64,000 nucleotides of DNA from Eledone cirrhosa (lineage: Eukaryota), in contig OZ024741.1 of assembly GCA_964016885.1 (NCBI GenBank), positions 333,374,001 through 333,438,000 of the forward strand, written 5' to 3'. Numbering within the stretch: position 1 is the stretch's first letter; each line of letters opens with the position of its first letter. The notes below the pieces were generated by a model. That model made no database searches, was not told the origin of the DNA, and saw only the letters and a program-made list of their open reading frames with translations. The translations under genes and the position numbers were made by a program. Shown piece after piece: positions 37,251 through 48,624 of the stretch.

Positions 37251-40163
37251 TTAGGTTAGGCGGGTCTTCTCTATTACTGAGTACCGCCAAAGGTCTCGGT
37301 CCAGTGACATTGTCTTGGAGAGGTGTAAGCGTGTGAGGTCGGAATTTATCAGCTCGTCCCATGTTTTTCTGGGTCTGCCTACTCCGTGGCTACCGTCTAT
37401 CTTTATTGCCCTGCACTTTGTTATACAGCTGTCATCTTTCATGCGCATCACGTGACCGTACCAACGTAGCCTTCTCTCGAGTAAACAACATCTGATCCCT
37501 CTTATTTCTAATTTTTTCCTTAGTTCGTTTATGCTTTGCCGTTCACGTATATTACTATTGCACATCCAGCGGAGCATGCAAGCTTCGTTCCTCTCTAGTC
37601 TGCGTATATCCTCTGCACACAATGCCCAGGTCTCACTGCCATGCAGCATTGCTGTTCGTATGCAGGCATCGTATAACCTGCCTTTCATTTTTAGGGAGAA
37701 CCCTCTAGCGGCTAATAGTGGTATAAGCTCTCTGAACTTTTTCCATCCAGTTCTGACTCTAGCTACTGTACTTTCAGAGCACCCTCCCCCACTGCTGATT
37801 TTGTCACCCAGATAACGGAAGCTGTCCACTATTTCTATAGAACCCTCTGCGCAGTTGAAGGAGCTAGTATTTTGTGGGCACTTGCTGCTACTTATTGCAC
37901 CAGAGCACCGGTCACATGTAAAATCTATGTTCTTAGTTAGCTTACCTGTGATCCCACTACATCTTTTATGCACCCATACTTTGCATTTGGGACATAAAAT
38001 GGAGTTTCTACCTACGCCTTTCCTACACACTGAGCATGGCCATTTCCCCGATGGGACCGCCGCCTTATTTTCTTTCCTACAAACTAGAACTTTAGTCTTA
38101 GCCAGGTTAATTTTAAGGCCTTTTGATTCTAGGCCGTGCTTCCACGTTTGGAATTTTTTCTCTAGTTCGGTCATTGATTCAGCTATGAGCGTTAGATCAT
38201 CTGCGTATAGGAGTTCCCATGGGCAGCCGGTCTTGAACTCCTCTGTTATAGCCTGAAGGGCAATAATAAATAGTAGGGGGCTAAGAACAGAGCCCTGATG
38301 GACACCAACTTTTACGCTAAACTCTTCACTATATTCGTTGTTAATTCTAACCTTACTGACTGTTTCTTTATACATGGCTTGTATAGCTCTCACAAGCCAT
38401 TCGTCAACACCTAGTTTTCTAAGAGACCACCAGATAATGGAACGGGGGACTCTGTCGAAGGCTTTCTCCAAGTCGACGAAAGCTAAGTATAGGGGTTTAC
38501 TTTTAGCTAGGTACTTCTCCTGTAGTTGTCGTACAATGAAAAGAGCGTCTGTGGTACTTTTGCCTGACACAAACCCGAACTGCATTTCATCTAGATCAAT
38601 TCTCTCTCTGATTAGTTGCGCTATTACTTTTTCCGTGACCTTCATGACCTGGTCGATTAATTTAATGCCTCTATAGTTACTCCTATCTAGGGCATCTCCT
38701 TTTCCCTTATAGCAGTTAACGATGATGCTGCTACGCCATTCCTTCGGAACAACCCCATTCTGTACGACTTGGTTAACTATCCGGGTGACCATGGTGTGTC
38801 CCACCGAACCAGATGCCTTCAGCATCTCAGCAACTATTTCCGAAGGCCCAGCCGCCTTACCCGTCTTCATATCTTTGATTGCCTTACTTATTATACTACC
38901 TTCCACTAACACTGCTGGTCCCTCTATTGGATCGATCTGGGGGAGACTGTCTTTCTCCCATTTGTTCTCCTCATTTAGAAGCCTTTCGTAGTGACACTTC
39001 CAAGCTACCTTCTTATCAGCGTCGGTGATGGCAAGTATGCCATCATCGTTAAGTACACACTTCTCCCCGACAGTATCACGGTTTTCCTTGACACATTGCC
39101 TGGCAATCCTGAACACCTCACGTTTTTGGTCCTCACGTTGTAGAACATGCTTGAACTTTCTTTCCTCTGCTTCCCTTCTTGCGAAGTACACTTGTCTCCT
39201 AGCTTCCCTCCTGGCCACTTGATAGTCTTCTCTACTTCCCCCATCCCGCCATACTTTCCAAGCCTGCTTTTTGGCCTTAATTGACTCCTCCACCTTAGTG
39301 TTAACAACAGACACTCTGTCACGTCTTCTGGTAAGGATATAATCTACCTGGCTTGTGTGTTCCCCCGATCTATAGGTGATCAACTGATTGTCTCGTTTTT
39401 TGAAGTTAGTGTTACAGATAGTTAAGTTATTTGCGTCGCAGAATTCCAGGATTCTGGAGCCTTCCTCATTTCTAGTACCGAACCCATAGCCTCCATGGAT
39501 TCCGTCATAGCCGTCACAATGTTGTCCAACGTGACCATTTAGGTCGCCTGCAATAACTATATAGTCACTGTCGGTTATTTGGGAGGTAGCGAGCATCAGT
39601 GTCTCGTAGAATTTGTCTTTTATAGCGCGGGGCAGTCCGGATTGGGGTGCGTACGCAGATATTACTGTCACCGTAGTTTTATTGAGGACAAGTCTTATTT
39701 TAATTATTCTGTCGTTCACTCTATTTACGTCTATTATCTTATCTGCCCACTTTTCTGCTACCATGATTCCTACCCCACCCAACCCATTGTCATTTCCCAC
39801 CCAGAAAAGCTTATAGCATCGTTCTTTACCCACGATGAATGTAGCCGACCCTCCCCTCCACCTGGTCTCTTGAATACAACAAACATCGACCTCCTTACGT
39901 TCAAGCATTTCTACAACCTCGTTAGAGCGACCCTTTAAGGTACCTACATTCATGGTACCAACTCTGAAGTTTTGGATTGCGTTTGGAGGGTGGGAGCGGT
40001 GGGGCGCTGGGGGGGGGGTTATGTTAGCCATCCTGGGCCGAAACAAGGAGGAGTGCTTGCATTCTCGTCCACGAGGTGAATTTGGCTTTATCTTTGGCAT
40101 TGTCGCTGAGCGTCCACATTTTTCTCTCTTCAACTCTCCAGAATTCCGTAGTCCATCCATCAT
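37251..40163 (-). CDS. RTE ORF: APE endonuclease (C-terminally deleted), reverse transcriptase and PHD-like Cys/His finger
   Basis: Motifs TMNVGTL, CIQETR, SAYAP, GDLNG, VDYIL; RT NYRGIKL, QFGF, FVDLEKAFD, GVHQGSVLSP, YADD; CSVC..CPKC..H..C..CDRC; RWYGHV, GRPRKTW. First ATG at 40163 (ORF track starts at a non-ATG codon at 40175). Confidence 0.93.
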   Translation of the reverse strand: MMDGLRNSGELKREKCGRSATMPKIKPNSPRGRECKHSSLFRPRMANITPPPAPHRSHPPNAIQNFRVGTMNVGTLKGRSNEVVEMLERKEVDVCCIQETRWRGGSATFIVGKERCYKLFWVGNDNGLGGVGIMVAEKWADKIIDVNRVNDRIIKIRLVLNKTTVTVISAYAPQSGLPRAIKDKFYETLMLATSQITDSDYIVIAGDLNGHVGQHCDGYDGIHGGYGFGTRNEEGSRILEFCDANNLTICNTNFKKRDNQLITYRSGEHTSQVDYILTRRRDRVSVVNTKVEESIKAKKQAWKVWRDGGSREDYQVARREARRQVYFARREAEERKFKHVLQREDQKREVFRIARQCVKENRDTVGEKCVLNDDGILAITDADKKVAWKCHYERLLNEENKWEKDSLPQIDPIEGPAVLVEGSIISKAIKDMKTGKAAGPSEIVAEMLKASGSVGHTMVTRIVNQVVQNGVVPKEWRSSIIVNCYKGKGDALDRSNYRGIKLIDQVMKVTEKVIAQLIRERIDLDEMQFGFVSGKSTTDALFIVRQLQEKYLAKSKPLYLAFVDLEKAFDRVPRSIIWWSLRKLGVDEWLVRAIQAMYKETVSKVRINNEYSEEFSVKVGVHQGSVLSPLLFIIALQAITEEFKTGCPWELLYADDLTLIAESMTELEKKFQTWKHGLESKGLKINLAKTKVLVCRKENKAAVPSGKWPCSVCRKGVGRNSILCPKCKVWVHKRCSGITGKLTKNIDFTCDRCSGAISSSKCPQNTSSFNCAEGSIEIVDSFRYLGDKISSGGGCSESTVARVRTGWKKFRELIPLLAARGFSLKMKGRLYDACIRTAMLHGSETWALCAEDIRRLERNEACMLRWMCNSNIRERQSINELRKKLEIRGIRCCLLERRLRWYGHVMRMKDDSCITKCRAIKIDGSHGVGRPRKTWDELINSDLTRLHLSKTMSLDRDLWRYSVIEKTRLT

Positions 40164-40304
40164 ATCGAAAAGCAACCAGTTAAGCGATAGTATGGGCCTC
40201 TGACTTATGATTGGTCCACGTAATAATGGTGGTGCGTGGGGGCGGAAGGGAGGGATGATGGGTTGTTAGCGAGAATGTAAGGTTTAAGATAAGATCGCCG
40301 TATT

Positions 40305-40706
40305 TTGGGCATAATTTAACAATAAACGAAAATACAAGATTTGTTTTGTTTAAGAAAATACGATAGAGAAAATGCGGTGATAGGGAAAATATGATTTTTA
40401 GAGAAAAGATATGATATAGAATGGTGAAAATATGATATAGTGTGAAATTAGGACATAGAAGTGATTGAATGAATGGGTTCGAATGGAGAGAAGAATCGAG
40501 AAGAAATTGGGCATAATTTAACAATAAACGAAAATACAAGATTTGTTTTGTTTAAGAAAATACGATAGAGAAAATGCGGTGATAGGGAAAATATGATTTT
40601 TAGAGAAAAGATATGATATAGAATGGTGAAAATATGATATAGTGTGAAATTAGGACATAGAAGTGATTGAATGAATGGGTTCGAATAGAGAGAAGAATCG
40701 AGAAAA

Positions 40707-40708
<2 letters not shown>
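40305..40708. repeat. 202-bp tandem duplication at the RTE 5' end
   Basis: ttgggcataatttaacaataaacg at 40305 and 40507; near-identical units. Confidence 0.92.
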
Positions 40709-40743
<35 letters not shown>

Positions 40744-40884
40744 GTAGCATGCTTAAGTTTAGAATAGGTTCCATTGGCCTAGAGAGAGCATCCAACCATG
40801 ATAAACCATGCTAAAATGGAATGTCTGAGCAAGACAATAAAACAGAAGGCTCTGTATATCTCTATCCTAGTATTTGTGATGTTT

Positions 40885-40927
<43 letters not shown>

Positions 40928-40930
<3 letters not shown>

Positions 40931-41408
40931 TCATCATCTTCGTTTAACGTCCATCTTCCACGCTAGAATGGGTTAGACGGGAGTTGTCCCACTTGAGGCA
41001 AGGTTTGTCAGGTGACCGTGTCTCGCTCATATAGGACTATCTGGCAGGTTTTCTACGGCTGGATGCCCTTCCTAACACCAACCACATTTACAGTGTGGAC
41101 TGGGAGGTTTTTACCGTGTTGCCTACACGGCCACATTACAGCGTGGACTGTGTGTTTTTTTTGTCGTGACACCTACACGATCTTGATCTCATTTATTTGG
41201 ACTGGATGTTGTGGTACCAACTTTACAGAGAGAGGGTGGTGTTGGTGGGAGTGGGAGGATGGAGTAGGGGTAGTGGATTGGGGTGTATATTTGGTTAAGA
41301 GGTGCCTACTGACTGTAGATTTCGCTTTGTACATAGGCAAGGTGGGTTTTTTGTATTACTGCGTAGTGCCAAAGATCTCGGTCCAGTGACATTGTCTTAG
41401 AGAGGGGC
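40928..41408 (-). mobile_element. RTE 3' fragment
   Basis: 3' UTR motif and ORF end, like 385-868. Confidence 0.85.
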
Positions 41409-41499
41409 AAGTATATATATATATATATTCAACAATATCAATACATATGGCGGGTGGTGAAAGGTTCCTGGCTTTGGGTAAAAGAAACTACAAAAGAAT

Positions 41500-41950
41500 C
41501 CAGCTTTTGCGCATGCACACTTCAGTCCAGCTTTCCAGCATGCGCACTCCCTCCCAAACTCGCGCATGCACACCTTGGTCCAGCCTTCGCACATGCGCAC
41601 CTCAGTCCAGCCTTGGTGCATGCACACTTCCATCCAGCCTTGGCACATGTGCACTACTGTCCAGCCATGACGCATGTGCACTTCGGTCCAGCCCTCCAGC
41701 ATGCACACATCATACACAACTCGTGCCTGTGCACCTTGATCCAGCCTTTGTGCATGTGCACCTCAGTCCAGCCTTGGCGCGTGCGCACCTCCGTCCAGCC
41801 TTCGCACATGTGCACTTCCGTCCATCCTTGGCGCATGTGCACTTCAGTCCAGCCTTCGCGCATGTGCACGTCAGACATGCCTTTGCACATGTACATATCG
41901 GTCCAGCCTTCGTACATGCGCACTTCGGTCCAGCCTTCGCCGATGTGCAC
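41500..41950. repeat. 27-bp GC-rich minisatellite (about 16-17 units)
   Basis: Consensus near ccagccttcgcgcatgtgcacttcggt, with a quasi-palindromic gtgcatgcac core. Confidence 0.9.
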
Positions 41951-42269
41951 TTAGAAACAATTATTTACTTACATTTAATTAAGAGGCTATGAATATCTAT
42001 ATCCTGATATAAACACGATATTTCGTCAACAACATGCCTTAAGACTTGGAGTTCTCTCCCTTTCATTAGAAGAGATAGTTTGTATATGTTTGGGAATTTG
42101 TTTTCAGTGGCTTATATTAAAAACGGTCACGCTGGGGCACCTCTTTCAACATTTTTATTCAATATATAGATATATATTGGAAAAGTAAAAAAAAAAAAAA
42201 CAATAACAAGGAGTGCAGTTACGAACAGTGTTGGTATTAGGTTCACGGTTGAGAGTGCAGGGTGGGGGA

Positions 42270-42300
42270 GATGTTTCGGGCATAAGCCCTTCATCAGGAG
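42270..42300 (-). ncRNA. Hammerhead catalytic core lacking a matching stem I 3' strand
   Basis: Minus strand cucCUGAUGAagggc uuau gcccGAAACauc; downstream sequence does not pair with stem I. Confidence 0.4.
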
Positions 42301-42379
42301 AAAGATGGGAAGGAAATATCAGTTTCTAGACTAAATTAATCAATCAATCATCATAATTATATCTATATATATATATATA

Positions 42380-42570
42380 TAGGAGAAAGTAAGACCCCAA
42401 CGGCTATTTCTGGACTAAAGTCCCTGGACTAAAGTCCAGAAATAGCCATAGAAACAGCTTGAGCTCTGCCGTTGGGGTCATACTTTCTCCTATTACCCAC
42501 TCTGCTACCCTAAGTATTGAGTACTTTGGTGCGTTATGGTCTATCTGGTTACTTACCACAACTCCTTCGT
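42380..42570. mobile_element. Penelope-like palindrome plus extension
   Basis: taggagaaagtaagaccccaacggc (42380-42404) pairs with gccgttggggtcatactttctccta (42468-42492); inner ggctatttctggact/agtccagaaatagcc. Confidence 0.6.
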
Positions 42571-42689
42571 TATATATATATATATAACCAAAGATTAATA
42601 TGGTTCATTGATTACTCAACGAATACAATATTACAATACTGGAATTGAATAATCAAAACCATAGCGGTATGTCACATATCAAATCATAT

Positions 42690-42750
42690 ATTTTGTCTGA
42701 TGAAAACGTACTTAAACACAATTGTACCTTTGAAATATGTATAATAAAAT
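42690..42750 (+). ncRNA. Type I hammerhead motif in Penelope-like remnant (42588-42800)
   Basis: attttgt CTGATGA aaacgtac-loop-gtaccttt GAAA t atgt ATA ataaaat. Confidence 0.7.
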
Positions 42751-43019
42751 ATATATTTTGATTATGAGAATATTTTTCATTTATTAACATTTTGAATAAT
42801 ATCATCATCATCATCATCATCATCATTTAACGTCCATTTTCCACGCTTGCATGGGTTTGGACGGGATATATATATATATAGTATTTTCTTAATTACGTAT
42901 GCATACTTACATACACGCACATATCGACGGTCAATCGACTTTCATCAAATTGGACCGAGGAAACAATGTTTCTGCTGGTCTTTCCAATTGCTAATACTAT
43001 CTATTGGTCGCAAGTCCAG

Positions 43020-43141
43020 GTAGAAGGAGCAACGTGAAATAAAATGTCTTGCTCAAGGACATAATGCATCACCGGTCCAGGAATTGAACTCACAACCTCA
43101 CGATTGCGAATCCAGTTCTCTAACCACTCAGCCACGTGCCT
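43020..43141 (-). mobile_element. tRNA-derived CORE-type SINE head
   Basis: Minus strand ggcacgtggctgagtggttag ... gagttcaattcc ... tgtccttgagcaagacatttt. Confidence 0.75.
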
Positions 43142-43142
43142 T

Positions 43143-43195
<53 letters not shown>

Positions 43196-43262
43196 GTATA
43201 TATATGTATATATATATGTATATATATGTATATATATATGTATATATATATATATGTATATA

Positions 43263-43334
<72 letters not shown>

Positions 43335-43356
43335 TATACACACACACACATACACA

Positions 43357-43590
43357 CGTTGTGTAGGTGTCACAACAAAAAAACACCCATGGTGTACAGT
43401 AGTCGTGTAGGGAACACAGTAAAAAGGGTCCCAGTCCACACTGTAAATGTGGTTGGTGTTAGGAAGGGCACCCAGCTGTAGAAAATCTGCAAGATAATCC
43501 TATAGGAGCAAGACACGGTCACCCAATCAATCTTGCTTCAAGATTTAATGCATGCTAGCGTGGAAGATAGACGTTAAACGATGATGATGA
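43357..43590 (+). mobile_element. RTE 3' UTR/tail fragment
   Basis: gttggtgttaggaagggcaccc motif and (gat)n tail. Confidence 0.75.
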
Positions 43591-43787
43591 TATACATGCA
43601 TATATACATATATATATATATATGTATACACACATACATATATATATGTATATATACATACATATATATGCATACATACACTGTACACAATAATTTTATT
43701 ATTACAAACACACACATACACACACATATGTATATATTGTCGTTTTAACGTTTGCTTTCCCTGCTAGCAAGGGTTGTGTGTATATAT

Positions 43788-43868
<81 letters not shown>

Positions 43869-44383
43869 TGTATGCATGCATGCTTGTATATATACATTAT
43901 ATATACAGATAGAGAGATAGAGAGATAGATAGATAGATATTGATATATATACACACAGAGACACATTATATATAGATATGCATACTTTTATACATACATA
44001 CCAACACACATACATATATATATACACACACAGATTCATCAACAAAGGTAACTTTCTATTTATGGATCATCATCCTCACTATCATCATCATCATCATTGA
44101 CAGCCTCATTAACATCAAAACCATCATCGTCATCAGGACTATGATGATTACTGTCACCCCCCCCCCCCCCAACCAACGACTCAGTCTCACATATATACGT
44201 GGTAGGTGCAAGCATATATATATATATGTATAAATATATATAAATATATATGCAAAAGTTTTATTTAAAATTGTTGGGTTACAACGAGTAAATATTTTAT
44301 AACTGATATAAAAGCACTCAACAGTTTCTGGAGTAGGTTTACGATATTAAACAAATGAAAACTATATTTATAAAACCATATTT

Positions 44384-44447
44384 ATTTCGTTATATATATT
44401 TCTGGGATATCATATTCAAAATATGGTATGCCTTCCTCAGACAAAAT
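44384..44447 (-). ncRNA. Type I hammerhead motif (mirror of 44962-45025)
   Basis: tcctcag at 44434-44440 on the plus strand; reverse complement of the right-arm motif. Confidence 0.6.
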
Positions 44448-44482
44448 ACAATATATAAGCTGTTTTATAAATAAATTTGACA

Positions 44483-44846
44483 CGACCGTGACTTCTGGCG
44501 TCACGCAGTAATACAGGGTACCCGACCTCCCATGGGTACATGCTGAAGCATATAAACAATATCCCCCCCCCCCACCGCAAGGTGGTCGTGGAGGTGCCAC
44601 GGCAAAAAAGCACCCAGCCCACACTGTAAAGTGGACGTGTAGGCGCCACGAAAAAGCACCCAGCACTCACTGTAAATGAGGTTGGTGTTAGGAAGGGCAT
44701 CCAGCTGTAGAAATCAAGCCAGATCAGTTCCTGTATGAGCAAGGCATGGTCAGCCGACCAGACACTGCCCACAACAGGACAACCCGTCTAACCCATGCTA
44801 GCGTGGAAGAACGGACGTAAAACGGTGATGATGATGATGATGATGA
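44483..44846 (+). mobile_element. 5'-truncated RTE (ORF end DRDFWRHAVIQGTR, 3' UTR, (GAT)n tail)
   Basis: Interrupts the palindrome at tttgac|atacc; matches 19420-19733. Confidence 0.85.
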
Positions 44847-44961
44847 TACCTTAGAATAATGCAACTTCCATTTAAAAAGTTGATTTAAATCAACTTTTTA
44901 AATGGAAGTTGCATTATTCTAAGGTATGTCAAATTTATTTATAAAACAGCTTATATATTGT

Positions 44962-45025
44962 ATTTTGTCTGAGGAAGGCATACCATATTTTTAATATGAT
45001 ATCCCAGAAATATATATAACGAAAT
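44962..45025 (+). ncRNA. Type I hammerhead motif
   Basis: attttgt CTGAGGA aggcataccatatt-ttt-aatatgatatccca GAAA t atat ATA acgaaat. Confidence 0.6.
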
Positions 45026-45090
45026 AAATATGGTTTTATAAATATAGTTTCCATTTGTTTAATATCGTATAAATATATATATATATATAT

Positions 45091-45870
45091 ACTAAGGAAA
45101 AAATTAGAAATAAGAGGGATCAGATGTTGTTTACTCGAGAGAAGGCTACGTTGGTACGGTCACGTGATGCGCATGAAAGACGACAGCTGTATAACAAAGT
45201 GCAGGGCAATAAAGATAGACGGTAGCCACGGAGTAGGCAGACCCAGAAAAACATGGGACGAGCTGATAAATTCCGACCTCACACGCTTACACCTCTCCAA
45301 GACAATGTCACTGGACCGAGACCTTTGGCGGTACTCAGTAATAGAGAAGACCCGCCTTACCTAAATACAAAGTAAAAACCTACTACAGTCAGTAGGCATC
45401 TCTATCAAAACACCCCCCCCCGTCCCACCACCTCCACCCCATCCACACCGCCCCTTTCAATGTACAGTTATGTTGGTCCCACAACATCCAGGCCGAAACA
45501 AATGAGATCGTGTAGGTGTCACGACAAAAAACACACAGTCCACGCTGTAAATGTGGCCGTGTAGGCAACACGGTAAAAACCTCCCAGCCCCACACTGTAA
45601 ATGTGGTTGGTGTTAGGAAGGGCATCCAGCTGTAGAAAACCCGCCAGACAGTCCACGCTGTAATGTGGCCGTGTAGGCAACACGGTAAAAACCTCCCAGC
45701 CCCACACTGTAAATGTGGTTGGTGTTAGGAAGGGCATCCAACTGTAGAAAACCCGCCAGACAGTCCTATGCGAGCAAGACAACCACTCTTGCCTCAAGTG
45801 GGAAAACCCCCGTCCAAACCCATGCAAGCGTGGAACACGGACGCTAAACCTGATGATGATGATGATGATG
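45091..45870 (+). mobile_element. 5'-truncated young RTE, near-identical inverted copy of 36746-37524
   Basis: Identical peptide MRMKDDSCITKCRAIKIDGSHGVGRPRKTWDELINSDLTRLHLSKTMSLDRDLWRYSVIEKTRLT and the same 112-bp 3' UTR duplication. Confidence 0.93.
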
Positions 45871-45938
45871 ATACATATATATATACATATACATACATAT
45901 ATATATATATATATATACATATACATACATACATATAC

Positions 45939-46037
<99 letters not shown>

Positions 46038-46104
46038 CATACATATATATATACATACATATACATACATATATATATATACATACATATATATATACAT
46101 ACAT

Positions 46105-46149
<45 letters not shown>

Positions 46150-46317
46150 CACGTATATATACATGTATATATACATATATATATACATACATACATATAC
46201 ATACATACATACATACATATATATACATACATATATACATACATACATATATACATGGTAGCGTGGAAGATAGACGTTAAACGATGATGATGATGATGAT
46301 GATGATATATATATACA

Positions 46318-46361
<44 letters not shown>

Positions 46362-47384
46362 ACACCTGCATATGCATAAACACACATACACATATGGATT
46401 TATGGCTTTCTGTGTGCACAAGTGTCTGTCTGTCTGTCTGTCTGAATTTGAGATGAGATGTAAATGGATCTATATGTTTCATTGACTTTCTAGAATATTT
46501 GGTTCTACATAACTTACAGCTAATTCTAAAAGGCAAATCACATCAGACAAATGATGGTATTCTCTTTCACATTATATATATATATTGAATTGGTGGGTAA
46601 CATTTACTTACTGATGGTTCACCATTTTGAGCAAACAATGCTAATATTTGGGTTGGTTCCCTACTAGCATGGGTTGGATGGGTTTACATGGACCATTTTA
46701 TTACTGAAGCAGAGCTACTGATCTCCCAGACAGGACAGGGATCTGTGTCTCACTTATATGCAGCCTCACATTCCACTGAGTTCACAGGAAAGGTTGTCAT
46801 GTCTTTGACACAACTGAAGTTAAGGTCTGAAACACTTGCTTGAGGAAGGGTTCTCTTCTCTGAAGAACATCTGCTGTCTAGCTCTCCTGACAGTTTCTTA
46901 CCATTCCTCCAACCCTTTTTTTGGCAGGCTTTCTATGGCTGGGTGTCCTTCCTATGACCAACCACTTTACAGCATGTACTGGGTACATTTATCATTTATA
47001 TCACAGACATTAGGGAGGTTGTCACATCATTGAGATGACTTAAGGTTCCCCCAAATCCTTTGTTTGGCAAGGTTTTTATGATTCTTTATTATGGCTCTGG
47101 TGACTCTTGTTACTTTGAAGTTTCTCCTATACATTCACAGGATCATCAAACAAGGTGAAACTACAGAGTTTAGAATTAGAAACCATTCTCGTTTTAATTG
47201 TTGTTGCTGTTGTTGTTTAACCTTGAGTCAGTTCTCATCAATAAGATTTAAAATCAAATCTATTTCTGCCATAACTATTCTATTTTTTATTTTATTTCTA
47301 TTTTTCTTCAGGTTGCGTATTTAGGGCTACAGTATCCAAAGTGAACATTTAAAAAAAATGTTATTTCAAAGTTGTTATTGTTTT

Positions 47385-47578
47385 ATTCTTTTACTTGTTT
47401 CAGTCAGTAGACTGTGGTCATGCTGGGGCACTATCTTGACTTAGTCGATCATATCAACCACATTACTCTTTATTTTTCCCCAAGTCTGGTACTTATTTTA
47501 TCAAACTCTATTTTGTGGAAACGCTAAGTTACAGGACATGGTCACAGATAGACACAAATGAAAACCAAAATAGACACA

Positions 47579-47652
<74 letters not shown>

Positions 47653-47796
47653 GGCTTCTGCAGTTTCCATATACCAAATTCCACTCACAAAGCATTGGTC
47701 AACCTAAGACTATAGTAAAAAAACATTTGCCCAATGCACTACGAAGAGTGACCGAACCAATTGTTTGCAAAATGAACTCTTTAACCACTCAGCCAT
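47385..47796 (-). mobile_element. Degenerate tRNA-derived SINE with internal (CA)n
   Basis: Minus head atggctgagtggttaaagag, body ggaaactgcagaagccc then (tg)n; other end ttttacttgtttcagtca...catgctggggcac; related pieces at 10525-10700 and 11780-11882. Confidence 0.6.
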
Positions 47797-48624
47797 AAAT
47801 TCAGGGCTATTTGGTTGCTATTTTCAGCAAGTTGAGTGATCATGCTGTGATACATATGGCGGTTTATCTCTATAAAATTGCTAAAATATATTCTTCATGT
47901 ACAGTATGTATGTATGTGGGTATATATATATATGTGCACATATATATACACACACACACACACATCTGTGTGTGTATATGTCGATGTGCATGTGTCTGTA
48001 TGTGTGTATGCTCATGTTTACATGTGCCTGTATACATGTGTGCTTGTATTTATTTGTGTGTGTGTGTGTGTATGCTTCTCTGTGTGTGTAAGGCTGCAAC
48101 AAACAGTCATAAACATAAGGTACATTAGATATGATGTGTAGCCATAACTATCAATAGGGTTGGTTATAAATGGCTGCCTTATTCAGTTCTGTGTAGTATA
48201 CAGAGAGACATTCTGACTGTGGAGTAAACTAACTATATAAGATATATAGACATTCTGCTTGTAGACAACATAATAAGCGACAGCGTAAATGGTAGACTTT
48301 GAGGAGCTGAAACAACATTGGAGATCTCATGAGTTTGGGAAAACAAAGCAATTCTTTTTCCATAGAAAATACAGACTATAAGAGAGACATGTGTATGTGT
48401 GTATGTGTAAGCAGCAGGAAGCTATGAGCTATGCAGAGAAGAATCTAGAATTACAACAGATATGAATTCAATATGATTTGTTACATGCTTTATAATGTTA
48501 AGTTTGTGAGAAAGTTTGAGCAGAAATTTATAGAAGAAAGTGTCTGGACATGAAAGGTACTAGGAGGAGAAATTGATATGTTGATGTGTATGTGAAATGC
48601 AGAGAGGGATGATGCATACTGAGA

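Larger units (their letters stand above)
36746..40708 (-). mobile_element. Near full-length RTE-clade LINE in (TA)n
   Basis: 5' region with 202-bp tandem duplication, single long ORF, 3' UTR with 112-bp duplication and (GAT)n tail; (TA)n on both sides, so no TSD is resolvable. Confidence 0.95.
44258..45069. mobile_element. Spacer-less Penelope-like palindrome whose left arm is interrupted by an RTE insertion
   Basis: Centre at 44886/44887; left arm 44340-44482 plus 44846-44886; right arm 44887-45069. Confidence 0.85.

Noticed and set aside
37531-40203. Plus-strand ORFs overlapping the RTE ORF (and minus-strand ORFs within the CR1 ORF)
   Set aside because: Antisense shadows of real retrotransposon coding sequence
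41447-41992. 181-aa and 166-aa His/Cys-rich repetitive ORFs
   Set aside because: Explained by a 27-bp minisatellite open in multiple frames; non-ATG starts and no domain similarity
42010-42065. Possible minus-strand hammerhead (cuaauga ... gaaauauc)
   Set aside because: Core reads CUAAUGA and stem I does not pair
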